This document shows positions 35,127 to 45,081 of a DNA stretch of 64,000 nt, piece after piece (position 1 is the stretch's first letter; each line of letters begins with the position of its first letter). The notes under the pieces were generated by a model. It had not been told where the DNA came from and did not search any database. It was given only the letters and a program-made list of their open reading frames with translations. This stretch comes from an uncultured Candidatus Saccharibacteria bacterium (lineage in GTDB: Bacteria > Patescibacteriota > Minisyncoccia > UBA6257 > 1-14-0-10-44-23), in contig CAZJVT010000002.1 in assembly GCA_964549935.1 (NCBI GenBank), positions 40,993 to 104,992 on the forward strand, given 5' to 3'. The position numbers and the translations under genes were made by a program.

Positions 35127-35660
35127 ATGAGCAAACAAAAAAAGATCTGGCTTTTATCTGGCGCGGGGTTGGTAATTCTAGGGGTTGGTTTTTGCTTCTA
35201 TTACCCTCAATATCGAGAGGACCAATTCTACAAGGAAGCCTTCGGGGCTTCAAAATATGAACTCCGCGCAAAATTGACGGACCAGGCAAGCATAGTTAGT
35301 CTATATTTAAAAACTTCCACAACGGACGCGGATGCGAACACCCTTATGGAAATTATCCGAGCTGAACCATGGGTCAAGTCAGTAGCCTACACTTCTGCTG
35401 ATCAGGCACTAGTTGAATTCAAAAAGAAGCACGAAAATGACCAAACTTTAAACCAAGCGCTCGCAGAACTGAAAGCGAACCCCTTGTTGCCCACAGTAAA
35501 AATTCACGCGATCGACTGCTTGCAAGTAAAAAAAGCTGAAGCGCTAATGCAGAATCCCACATTCAAGAACTCCGTTAACCAAATCCTTTATTCTTCGATC
35601 TCGTGCGAAAAAATCGATGAAGAACTTGAGAGGTCCTATTCTGCTGCAAAGAACTTTTGA
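35127..35660 (+). CDS. Membrane-anchored protein with an FtsX extracellular-domain-like fold.
   Basis: TM helix followed by VAYTSADQALVEFKKKHENDQTLNQALAELKANPLLPTVKIHA, which resembles FtsX_ECD. Confidence 0.45.
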   Translation: MSKQKKIWLLSGAGLVILGVGFCFYYPQYREDQFYKEAFGASKYELRAKLTDQASIVSLYLKTSTTDADANTLMEIIRAEPWVKSVAYTSADQALVEFKKKHENDQTLNQALAELKANPLLPTVKIHAIDCLQVKKAEALMQNPTFKNSVNQILYSSISCEKIDEELERSYSAAKNF

Positions 35661-35690
35661 TATAGTACACGCCCTCATTCAAAAAACGGC

Positions 35691-36047
35691 CTACTGGCCG
35701 TTTTTTGAATCTTCGAAACTGTTGGCTAAGTGCTCCATTTTTTCTTTCAGCTCCGCACCCTGCTTTTCTTTGATGACCGGCGAGTGTTTCCGTAGTTGGT
35801 CTAAGTTGCGGTTGATAGAAGCGTCCATTTTATGGACAAACAGCTTCCCTTTCTTAAGCAGGCGCTCTAGAAATGAGACCAGCGCATTGTCGACGCGCTC
35901 GAGCGGTAGCTTTTCAACCAGCTTATCAAACGCACTTGCCGGAACCGCGCCCGCATCATCGGCGATACGGGGCAGCGCCCTCGCCAGCAAAAACACCATC
36001 ACAATCAGCGAGACGACAAAGATGATATGTGTGGCGAAGTCGAACAT
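35691..36047 (-). CDS. Hypothetical membrane-anchored protein.
   Basis: 118-aa ORF with a single N-terminal TM helix. Confidence 0.4.
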   Translation of the reverse strand: MFDFATHIIFVVSLIVMVFLLARALPRIADDAGAVPASAFDKLVEKLPLERVDNALVSFLERLLKKGKLFVHKMDASINRNLDQLRKHSPVIKEKQGAELKEKMEHLANSFEDSKNGQ

Positions 36048-36050
36048 AGA

Positions 36051-36503
36051 CTAAATTTGGTAGCGCGTAAACTTGGTTACGCGGATGTTTTCGCCGAGCT
36101 TGGTAATCGAGCTCTTGAGGTACTGCTCGATAGTCATACTCTCATCGCGGACAAACGGCTGGGCGAGCAACTGCTCGACGGTTTCCGGTGCGGCAAAGGA
36201 AATGTGCATGGCGACGTTCTTAGCTATCTCACGGAAGGTCTCCGATCGGGTTACGAAGTCCGTTTCGGCACCAATTTCGAGCAACACGCCGATGCGCCCA
36301 CCGACGCCACCGTGAATGTATGCCTCTAAGTACGGCGCACCGACAACGCGGTCACCCTTTTTCTCGGCTTTGGCGATAACTGAAGCGGCGAGAGCGGTCT
36401 TAGCCTTCTCGTAATCCCCTCCGGCTGCGTCTAAAGCACGCTTAGCATCCATCATGCCTGCGCCGGTCTCTTCGCGAAGCTTTGCAACATCTTGTGCGGA
36501 CAT
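36051..36503 (-). CDS. tsf: Elongation factor Ts (short form).
   Basis: N-terminal UBA-like motif VAKLREETGAGMMDAKRAL and a dimerisation core. It is downstream of rpsB. A TGgTATAAT extended -10 lies upstream. Confidence 0.8.
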   Translation of the reverse strand: MSAQDVAKLREETGAGMMDAKRALDAAGGDYEKAKTALAASVIAKAEKKGDRVVGAPYLEAYIHGGVGGRIGVLLEIGAETDFVTRSETFREIAKNVAMHISFAAPETVEQLLAQPFVRDESMTIEQYLKSSITKLGENIRVTKFTRYQI

Positions 36504-36571
36504 ACAATAAAAATAACAATGTTAGTTGATTAGATTTCTATTATACCAGACCTGTCAAGCGAAACGAGAAA

Positions 36572-37354
36572 CTAGGCCTTCTTGGCGATAACCGGAGCGG
36601 CGGTCGCCTTCTCCTTGATTGCGTGAGCGATAGTCTTGTCGAGCTCGGCGAGAATATACTCAATTGAGCTGGCAGCACCGTCGTTAGCCGGAATCAGGTA
36701 GTCAATAAGATCCGGGTCGGTGTCGGTATTAGCAATAGCGATGACTGGGATCTTGACGCGCTTAGCCTCACGGATAGCGGTGATGTGCTGCGGTGCACCA
36801 ACGACGAGCAAGGCGCCCGGAAGCGAGCTCATCTTTTCAAGACCGCCGAACAGCTTGGTCAGGCGCTCGATTTCTTTGTCGATGACGACGCGCTCCTTTT
36901 TAGTGTACTTGTCGAGACGGCCGGCAGCCTTATCCGCCTTACGGGTGATGAGGTGCTGAATTCGCTTGCTCAAAGTTTCAAAGTTTGAGAGCGTACCACC
37001 AAGCCAACGGTCGGTAACGCGCGGGAGCGAGTACTTGTCGGCAAACTTCGTAGCCGGAATCTGACCAGCCGGAGTCGTCGCGGCAACAAGCAGCTGCTGA
37101 CCCTTTTTAACTAATTCCTTCAAGAACGCTTGCGCCTTTTCAATTCCGGCGTTTGTCTGGGCGAGGTCGATGACGTCAAAACCCGCACGAGTCGTGTGGA
37201 TGTACGGCTTCATCTTCGGGTTGGTCTTGTTGCGACGGCGGCCAAAAAGCACACCGACCTTAGCCATCTCCTCGAAAACCGCTAACTCCGCCTGGTTAAC
37301 CGGCGCTGCAACCTCCTCTACCTCCACCTTCGAATTCTTTGTGTCGTCTGACAT
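36572..37354 (-). CDS. rpsB: 30S ribosomal protein S2.
   Basis: GVLFGRRRNKTNPKMKPYI...QLLVAATT core. Confidence 0.9.
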   Translation of the reverse strand: MSDDTKNSKVEVEEVAAPVNQAELAVFEEMAKVGVLFGRRRNKTNPKMKPYIHTTRAGFDVIDLAQTNAGIEKAQAFLKELVKKGQQLLVAATTPAGQIPATKFADKYSLPRVTDRWLGGTLSNFETLSKRIQHLITRKADKAAGRLDKYTKKERVVIDKEIERLTKLFGGLEKMSSLPGALLVVGAPQHITAIREAKRVKIPVIAIANTDTDPDLIDYLIPANDGAASSIEYILAELDKTIAHAIKEKATAAPVIAKKA

Positions 37355-37550
37355 ATGAATTTAATAATTTTATTTTAAACCTACAATTTTCGATTAAAGA
37401 AAAAGGCGCCTTTAGGGCGCGCACAAAATAAAAACTACGTCATGTGCGCCCGATAGTATGTACTGTCGCTCCAAAACCCTCGTGGCGTTCGGGTTGGTGG
37501 AATAGAGAGAATATACAGGATTTACCGGAAAAATGCAAGATTTGCCAATA

Positions 37551-37578
37551 ATTGACTTTTATATCATATATGATATAA
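37551..37578 (+). promoter_or_regulatory. Strong sigma70-type promoter with an embedded 18-bp perfect palindrome (candidate operator).
   Basis: TTGACT-N16-TATAAT. The spacer and -10 are covered by TATATCATATATGATATA (37559-37576). An AGGAGACC ribosome-binding site follows, then the ATG of cassette gene D. Confidence 0.65.
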
Positions 37579-37602
37579 TATCTCCCGAAAGGAGACCTCC
37601 CG

Positions 37603-37827
37603 ATGATCCAATGCATTGAGTGCAGCCGGGCGGCGACCTGGTGGATTGAGTCGAAGAGCCACATCACCTTCAACTCACCCGCCTGCGACCGCCATCGGTA
37701 CATCGTCATCCACGGAATCAACGTCAAGATCCGCGAGATGAACAAGTTCGACGACCGGTGTATGTATCACAAGCTGCCACTAGCGACCATGCGTCCTTTG
37801 GCAGGCGCGACTGACCCCCAGACGTAG
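37603..37827 (+). CDS. High-GC cassette gene D: 74-aa zinc-ribbon-like protein.
   Basis: CIECSR...CDRH...C.YH cysteine/histidine pairs. AGGAG ribosome-binding site. Followed by a GC hairpin and a T-run terminator (37830-37872). Confidence 0.5.
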   Translation: MIQCIECSRAATWWIESKSHITFNSPACDRHRYIVIHGINVKIREMNKFDDRCMYHKLPLATMRPLAGATDPQT

Positions 37828-37841
37828 AGCGCCCCGCGCGC

Positions 37842-38240
37842 TCACAACGCGTCGGGGGTCTGCTCTTTTTTGAGAATCTCTTTGTCCTCGTCTGGCAGCG
37901 GCTGCACCGAAGGTGCAAGTATCTCTCTCACCTCATCAAAATCTTCAAACATTCTCTCTCGTAGCTTACGTTCAGCTTCATCGCATTCCTCATCCAGCCT
38001 TGAAAGCCGCATCGCTGCTTCGATGCGATCTAAGACTTTATCGATAACTTCATCTGTCTCAAGATGCGCAAGGGCTTCGTAAATTTTACCGCTAAAGCGC
38101 GGTCCGCATATCTCTATGACTCGAGCAATACGCGGGGCCACAACCGGCCCAAATTCCCGCTTAAGAGCTCCTCCTAGCGCACGCTCTACCGGATTGGTTT
38201 TATGCATTGAGTCCTCTTGTCCTGCACCTTCAGTAGTCAT
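37842..38240 (-). CDS. Hypothetical acidic protein.
   Basis: 132-aa ORF overlapping the glycosyltransferase stop by 4 nt. Confidence 0.4.
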   Translation of the reverse strand: MTTEGAGQEDSMHKTNPVERALGGALKREFGPVVAPRIARVIEICGPRFSGKIYEALAHLETDEVIDKVLDRIEAAMRLSRLDEECDEAERKLRERMFEDFDEVREILAPSVQPLPDEDKEILKKEQTPDAL

Positions 38241-39358
38241 AATTTTATTATCGCATTTTTAATTTGATTTTCAAAACTTTCGCGGCCGAACTTTTGTGCA
38301 TGATTTGCGATATAGACCCTATCAAACTTAGTTGTTTCAAAATGCTTCACGGCATTTATTAGTGATGTTGGCGTTTGCTCATTAAATGAAACTCCGGTTT
38401 TCCCCTCCTCAACAATTTCGAGCGCGCCGCCTGCTCCATACGCGATAACTGGCGCGCCGCAGGCCTGCGCCTCGGCCATCACCAGCCCAAAGTCCTCCTC
38501 GTTCGGCATGATAAATGCCTTTGCATGTTGATAGAGCGCGCGAAGCTCACTATCATCTCTCACGTAACCAAGAAATTCAATGTTGTCAGCGTGAAGCGTA
38601 GAACGTAAAGCGTAAAGCGCGGCGAATTCTTGGCCGGTCCCCACAATCTTGAGTGGCAGCTTTAATTCTGCGAAAGCTTCGATGATTAGGTCAAAGCGTT
38701 TGTAATGTAACAACCGTCCTGCGGCGAGGTAGTAGTCTTGTGTATCGTGTAACGTGGAACGTGGAACGTCGGAGGGGTCTGGAAAAAACTTTTTTGTATC
38801 AACCGGAGGGCACACAACCTCCGCCGTGCGGTTGTAGTACTTTTTAATCTTCGCGGCAATATAGTTTGAATTTGCGATCAGCACATCAGGCTGCTGCCCG
38901 GCCTTGAAATCAAAACGGCGGACGTACCAAAATGCAGGCCAGAAAACGACCGTAAACAGTCGACCGATGACCGACCGACCGAAATACTGACTCGTTTCCC
39001 AGGCGTAGCGTAGCGGCGTGTGGACGTAGCAGAGATGCTTGGTTGTTTTTTTATCGTAACGGATACCCTTCCCAAAGCCGGCGCTGTCAGAAATGATCAG
39101 ATCATACTCGCTGCCGAGATTAAGACTGCGTGCGGCTAGCGGCATCAACGGGATAAAGAGCCGGTGGTGATTGCGGGCAAACGAGAAATCGAGAAAGCTC
39201 GTTTTTTTAACTTTGCCTTTGTAACGGCCGAGCGTTTTTTCTTCGTCGTACAGCAAGGTATAAATCGGTGCCTCGGGGAAGAGCTTGATAAGCTCGTCTA
39301 ACACGCGCTCGCCGCCGCCAACCTGATTTAAATAGTCATGTACGAGCGCAACTTTCAT
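38237..39358 (-). CDS. GT4-family glycosyltransferase.
   Basis: C-terminal EDFGLVMAEAQACGAPVIA..GG..E motif. Confidence 0.85.
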   Translation of the reverse strand: MKVALVHDYLNQVGGGERVLDELIKLFPEAPIYTLLYDEEKTLGRYKGKVKKTSFLDFSFARNHHRLFIPLMPLAARSLNLGSEYDLIISDSAGFGKGIRYDKKTTKHLCYVHTPLRYAWETSQYFGRSVIGRLFTVVFWPAFWYVRRFDFKAGQQPDVLIANSNYIAAKIKKYYNRTAEVVCPPVDTKKFFPDPSDVPRSTLHDTQDYYLAAGRLLHYKRFDLIIEAFAELKLPLKIVGTGQEFAALYALRSTLHADNIEFLGYVRDDSELRALYQHAKAFIMPNEEDFGLVMAEAQACGAPVIAYGAGGALEIVEEGKTGVSFNEQTPTSLINAVKHFETTKFDRVYIANHAQKFGRESFENQIKNAIIKL

Positions 39359-39374
39359 AGTATACTTAACAGTA

Positions 39375-40046
39375 ATGCCGACAAAGACTACTGTAAAGCC
39401 GGAAGTTGATACAAAAGCAGAAATCGGACCAGAAGTGTACGCTACCGGCTACCCTGAAGTTAAGCGTGGACTTGATATTCTTGGCGGACTGGCGGGGACG
39501 ATGCTCTTTGGGGCTCTTTTTCCGTTTGTCGGAGCAGCTATTAAACTGGAATCAAAGGGACCAATTCTTGTCGCCCTTGATCGAGTAAGTGGCGGCAAAA
39601 CAATCAAGCTGTATAAGTTCCGCTCAATGCAAGAAGGTGCCGCGGAGCGTAAACCACTCTTGCAGCCGTTTAACGAACGCCATGATGGTCCGTTTTTTAA
39701 AATGAAACACGACCCACGCCTCACCCGCGTCGGTAAAGTTATTCGTAAGTTCCGCTTAGACGAAATGCCGCAGTTTATTAACGTCCTTAAAGGCGAGCTC
39801 TCGCTCGTCGGACCTCGGCCACACGAGCCGCTCGAGGTTGCACAGTATCCGCATGAGTATGCATTTTTAACCGGACACAAAGCCGGAATCACCGGATTAT
39901 CGCAGGTAAATGGCGCGAGCAGCCTCGCCTTTTCAAAAGAATTGGAGTTTGACGCCTACTACACAAAACACGTCTCCCTGGCGCTGGACTTAAAAATTAT
40001 CGGCAAAACAATCGCAATTTTGCTTTTTGATCCCTCTGCCATCTAA
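39375..40046 (+). CDS. Bacterial sugar transferase (polyprenyl-phosphate hexose-1-phosphate transferase, WbaP/WcaJ C-terminal type).
   Basis: KFRSM....DEMPQF.NVLKG.MSLVGPRP motif. Confidence 0.85.
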   Translation: MPTKTTVKPEVDTKAEIGPEVYATGYPEVKRGLDILGGLAGTMLFGALFPFVGAAIKLESKGPILVALDRVSGGKTIKLYKFRSMQEGAAERKPLLQPFNERHDGPFFKMKHDPRLTRVGKVIRKFRLDEMPQFINVLKGELSLVGPRPHEPLEVAQYPHEYAFLTGHKAGITGLSQVNGASSLAFSKELEFDAYYTKHVSLALDLKIIGKTIAILLFDPSAI

Positions 40047-40115
40047 CAATGGCAGAATGCAGCGTTGAACGTATAACATGTAACGTCGAGCGGAAGCGAA
40101 TGCTATACTGAAATC

Positions 40116-40670
40116 ATGCATCCCAAGAATGTTACACGTTGCAAGTTACACGTTACGCGACCTCGCTCATCGCGAGCAGGCTTCACCCTTATCGAACTCC
40201 TCATCTATATCGCCATCACCGCCGTTGTCGTCGGAATGTTTTCGACCGTACTCGTAACCTTTACGAACGTCCAAAACCGACAATCCTCCTCATCAAAGGC
40301 GACGAGTGAAATGGGCTTTTTAATGACGACGCTCGAGCGCCTAGTACACGAATCAGCAAACATGACTATCGTCGACGAAAACACGCTCCTGCTAGCCAGC
40401 TCCACCCCGAGCATTACGAAAACCATCACCTTCGATGCCGCTAACCACGCTATTACGCAAACTGACAATGACGGCGTCAACGACCCAATCACTTCTCAGC
40501 TCTCGAGCACGAAGATTCAAATTGACGCGCTTTCGTTTACAGACCGCAGTAGCGGCGCGAGCAAAACAGTGAATATCGTCCTGACCGCGACCGTCTTCCC
40601 GAATAACGCAAAACAAAAACTTACCCGCACCCTCCAATCAACAGCGGCGCTCTACGTACAGCAGCAGTAA
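40116..40670 (+). CDS. Prepilin-type N-terminal cleavage/methylation-domain protein (pilin/pseudopilin).
   Basis: RAGFTLIELLIYIAITAVVVGMF class III signal. Confidence 0.65.
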   Translation: MHPKNVTRCKLHVTRPRSSRAGFTLIELLIYIAITAVVVGMFSTVLVTFTNVQNRQSSSSKATSEMGFLMTTLERLVHESANMTIVDENTLLLASSTPSITKTITFDAANHAITQTDNDGVNDPITSQLSSTKIQIDALSFTDRSSGASKTVNIVLTATVFPNNAKQKLTRTLQSTAALYVQQQ

Positions 40671-40710
40671 AACTAAAAACGCCCGCGTGGGCGTTTTTAG
40701 TTTAAAGTAC

Positions 40711-40992
40711 TTACTCGTCGGCCAGGATACGTAACTCGTTGTTCTCTCGAACTTCGAGGAATCCACCCTTAATTGGCAAGGTTCGCTCTTCTTTGCGCAT
40801 CGGGCTCTTCTCCCCGCTCGGCAGCTCGGTAACGACGTGGGCCTCATAGCGCAGATTGCCGGCTTCAAGCACGGTGACGTATGGCTCGTGGTGCTCCATG
40901 ATTGTTACCTCGCCTACCGTGGTCGGCAACGTTACGCGGGCGGTTTCACCCTCGTAGACGGTCCGGCGCATTGTGTAGATTTTTAGATGCAT
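40711..40992 (-). CDS. atpC: F-type ATP synthase subunit epsilon.
   Basis: Last gene of the atp operon. Beta-sandwich N-domain pattern. Confidence 0.8.
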   Translation of the reverse strand: MHLKIYTMRRTVYEGETARVTLPTTVGEVTIMEHHEPYVTVLEAGNLRYEAHVVTELPSGEKSPMRKEERTLPIKGGFLEVRENNELRILADE

Positions 40993-41071
40993 GATGAAAG
41001 ATGATTGATGATTGATGAAAGAATGGGTCTGATTTATTCGTACCTCTTACATCGTTCCTCGTACATCGTTT

Positions 41072-42448
<1,377 letters not shown>

Positions 42449-43597
42449 TTAATTAAATTTTATACTTTTTACTATCTTCTCGACTATTTGGTTTAAAGCT
42501 GAGGGAAATTTTTCACGAGCCCTTTCACAATCAGCAACCTGTTCAGGCGTACGATCATATGGCTCACCATTACGACAACTTACAGTTCCAACATTTATCG
42601 TGAACTCAACAGTTATTAATTTCTCAGAAAGAGCAGTCACATACTTATACATTCTCACATGGTAATTCCCCATAGCATCATCTCTCATAACAGTTAGACA
42701 ATAATTTCTGTCGCTAATGGCGAGCTGTTCTGTATTGGGTCCAATTGCACCTTCGTTAGTAGTAACACAATTAAAACTTCCATCGGCAATGGTTACCCGT
42801 GGCGGCCAAGCCTTGTAATATTCATTTTTTTCTTCAACACCGGCATCGTTAGTTCTCAATGTATAAGCTACCCCGCCAGTCCTACGATCATTCATCACGG
42901 AATAATATGGCAGGCCCAATTGGTTCGGAAACTGGAAAGTAACCCCCTGTTTTTCATCAGTTTGCGTCCACCACTTTACCTCATCGCCAAACGCTATACT
43001 TTGCACGATCCGGTCAACCATTGGATCTAACTGCGACCATACAACACCTGAATCTTTTTCTTTCTTGCAATCAATAATTTCTTCTGTCGTCATACCGAAC
43101 GATTCGCTACACCCATTTGCAGAATGTGTTTGAAAGCTAATCGTAACCAATTTATCTCCGATTGCAGTCATATAATCTCTCGAACTATACGAGCTGCCCA
43201 TGGATGCATCGGCCTCTCCGCTAACGCAATATTGTCTCCCGTTTATAGTTTCTAGGATAGTACGATAATTCCCTCCTTCGCTTAATGTGTGCTTAACGCA
43301 AGAAAAAGCCTCGGAACTTACCTTGACCTTTATGGGACCATTAAAAGAAGTAAACTGTGCATCTAAACGATTCGGGTATTGGTATGAAATACCTTGCTCG
43401 GTATCAATTTTAGTCAGCCACTGATAGGGCTCAGGCTGGACCACTTCCCTTTTTGTCGGCACATAGACGGGTGGGTAAACTCGGTTGTCTACAATGTGCG
43501 GATACGTGCGGGAATGGACATTCACCGCAACAAGAATTGCCACCACGGCTACTATCCAGACTTGAATTGCTAATTTCTTATTCATAACTTTAAGCAA
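42449..43597 (-). CDS. Hypothetical secreted/anchored protein with a tandem-duplicated ~150-aa Cys-containing domain, embedded in the atp operon.
   Basis: Signal-anchor followed by two homologous halves (QGISYQYPNRL...RQYCVSGE...IVQSIAF and QGVTFQFPNQL...RNYCLTVM...IVKSIKF). About 43% GC. It overlaps the atpG stop by 8 nt and lies 6 nt upstream of atpD. Confidence 0.6.
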   Translation of the reverse strand: MLKVMNKKLAIQVWIVAVVAILVAVNVHSRTYPHIVDNRVYPPVYVPTKREVVQPEPYQWLTKIDTEQGISYQYPNRLDAQFTSFNGPIKVKVSSEAFSCVKHTLSEGGNYRTILETINGRQYCVSGEADASMGSSYSSRDYMTAIGDKLVTISFQTHSANGCSESFGMTTEEIIDCKKEKDSGVVWSQLDPMVDRIVQSIAFGDEVKWWTQTDEKQGVTFQFPNQLGLPYYSVMNDRRTGGVAYTLRTNDAGVEEKNEYYKAWPPRVTIADGSFNCVTTNEGAIGPNTEQLAISDRNYCLTVMRDDAMGNYHVRMYKYVTALSEKLITVEFTINVGTVSCRNGEPYDRTPEQVADCERAREKFPSALNQIVEKIVKSIKFN

Positions 43598-44510
43598 CCG
43601 CGTCGCTACCGCTGGTAATCTCCATAATCTCCTGCGTAATCTTCGCTTGCCGGCCTTTGTTGAATATCAGCGTTAAGTCTTCTACTATCTCTCCTGCGTT
43701 ATCGCTGGCCGTCTTCATCGCTACCATTCGTGCCGAGTGCTCTGACGCGTTGCTTTCTAGCTGGATGTGATAGAGCTGCATTCTGAAAATTCTGTCGACG
43801 AGCTCCTTCAGTACTTTTTCTCGACTTGGCTCGAATAAGAACTCCTCGCTTTGCGCTTGGCGATTTGCGATTTGCGAAAATTTTCCAGTCTGCGGTACGA
43901 GTCCTTCGATCATTTGATTCAAATTTTCACGCTTGATCGGCAACACCTGACGGACGACAGGCTCCTGGCGCAGCGTGCTTAAAAAGTTGGTGTAGACCAA
44001 AACTACCTTGCCGTACGTGCCATCGAGGTACGAGGCATTAATAAAATCGTGCAGATCGTTCATCTCGGTGATGTCGACGAAGTCGCCCTGCCCGGTGAAC
44101 TCCTTAACAATCGGGAACTTACGGAAGCTGAAATAGGCGCTCGCCTTTTTGCCGACAGCCGCCAAATCTACCTCGCCCTTAGCCTTGAGCTCGTTTACGA
44201 CTGCGTGCGCCTTACGCATCACGTTGGCGTTAAGCGAACCGGCCAAACCCTTGTCGGAGGCGATGATAATCGCAAGGGTCTTTTTTGAATCATTGCCAAG
44301 CAGCTGTACTGGCAGCTTCTCACCTTTGCTCAACTTCTTCGAAGCCGCTGCCAGCAACTCAAAAGCCGCAAAAGCGTAGGGGCGAGCCTTAAGAGCCAAC
44401 TCCTGCGCTTTGCGCATCTTGGTAGCGCTAACCACCTCCATCGCCTTGGTGATCTGGCGGGTGTTTTTAACGCTCTTGATTCTCTTTTGTGTGTCGCTTA
44501 GCGAAGGCAT
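43590..44510 (-). CDS. atpG: F-type ATP synthase subunit gamma.
   Basis: Conserved gamma N- and C-terminal helices (ITKAMEMVSATKMRKAQ...ITQEIMEI). Confidence 0.9.
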   Translation of the reverse strand: MPSLSDTQKRIKSVKNTRQITKAMEVVSATKMRKAQELALKARPYAFAAFELLAAASKKLSKGEKLPVQLLGNDSKKTLAIIIASDKGLAGSLNANVMRKAHAVVNELKAKGEVDLAAVGKKASAYFSFRKFPIVKEFTGQGDFVDITEMNDLHDFINASYLDGTYGKVVLVYTNFLSTLRQEPVVRQVLPIKRENLNQMIEGLVPQTGKFSQIANRQAQSEEFLFEPSREKVLKELVDRIFRMQLYHIQLESNASEHSARMVAMKTASDNAGEIVEDLTLIFNKGRQAKITQEIMEITSGSDAVA

Positions 44511-44511
44511 G

Positions 44512-45078
44512 CTAGTTGAAGATGATGTGTGTTAGAAACTCGTTAAGACGAGTAAGGTCTGCTGCCTTGGCCTCCTTTTCTGTCTTGAATATTCTTTGGT
44601 AGGCCAGAGTAACAGAGCCCTTTGGAAGTTGCTTGAAAACGAGCATGACGCCTTTTGCATATGCGCTCGCCTGTTCATTAATGGGGGCAACATACTCATA
44701 TCGCAAAGCGGGTAAACCACCTACGGTAACTACCGTGGACGAGTCTAATGCAGCGGCGTAGTCGTTAAACGACTCGGTGTCGCCCGGCTTGCCTCCAATC
44801 ACGATAGCTTCGAGCGTTGAGGTACTGCGAAAGATAGCGTTAATCGTAAGCGGGTCGGTAGTTTTTGCACTATCATCCTTCGTCTCTGCCGGACCCTCCC
44901 AGTCCTTTCCGTATGCAATAGAGAAACCGTAATCCAGGTTGGTGTAGGTAGCCTGACCAGTCGTGGTATCCACTTTAGTAACCGTGTGATCACTCTCCGG
45001 ATTTCTCAAAGACAAATAACCGACAACCGCGGCTGCGACTACGATGATTCCGATGATGATTGGTAATTTCTTCTTCAT
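44512..45078 (-). CDS. Hypothetical secreted protein inserted between atpA and atpG.
   Basis: Signal-anchor MKKKLPIIIGIIVVAAAV. Intergenic gaps are 3 nt and 1 nt. Confidence 0.55.
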   Translation of the reverse strand: MKKKLPIIIGIIVVAAAVVGYLSLRNPESDHTVTKVDTTTGQATYTNLDYGFSIAYGKDWEGPAETKDDSAKTTDPLTINAIFRSTSTLEAIVIGGKPGDTESFNDYAAALDSSTVVTVGGLPALRYEYVAPINEQASAYAKGVMLVFKQLPKGSVTLAYQRIFKTEKEAKAADLTRLNEFLTHIIFN

Positions 45079-45081
45079 ATT

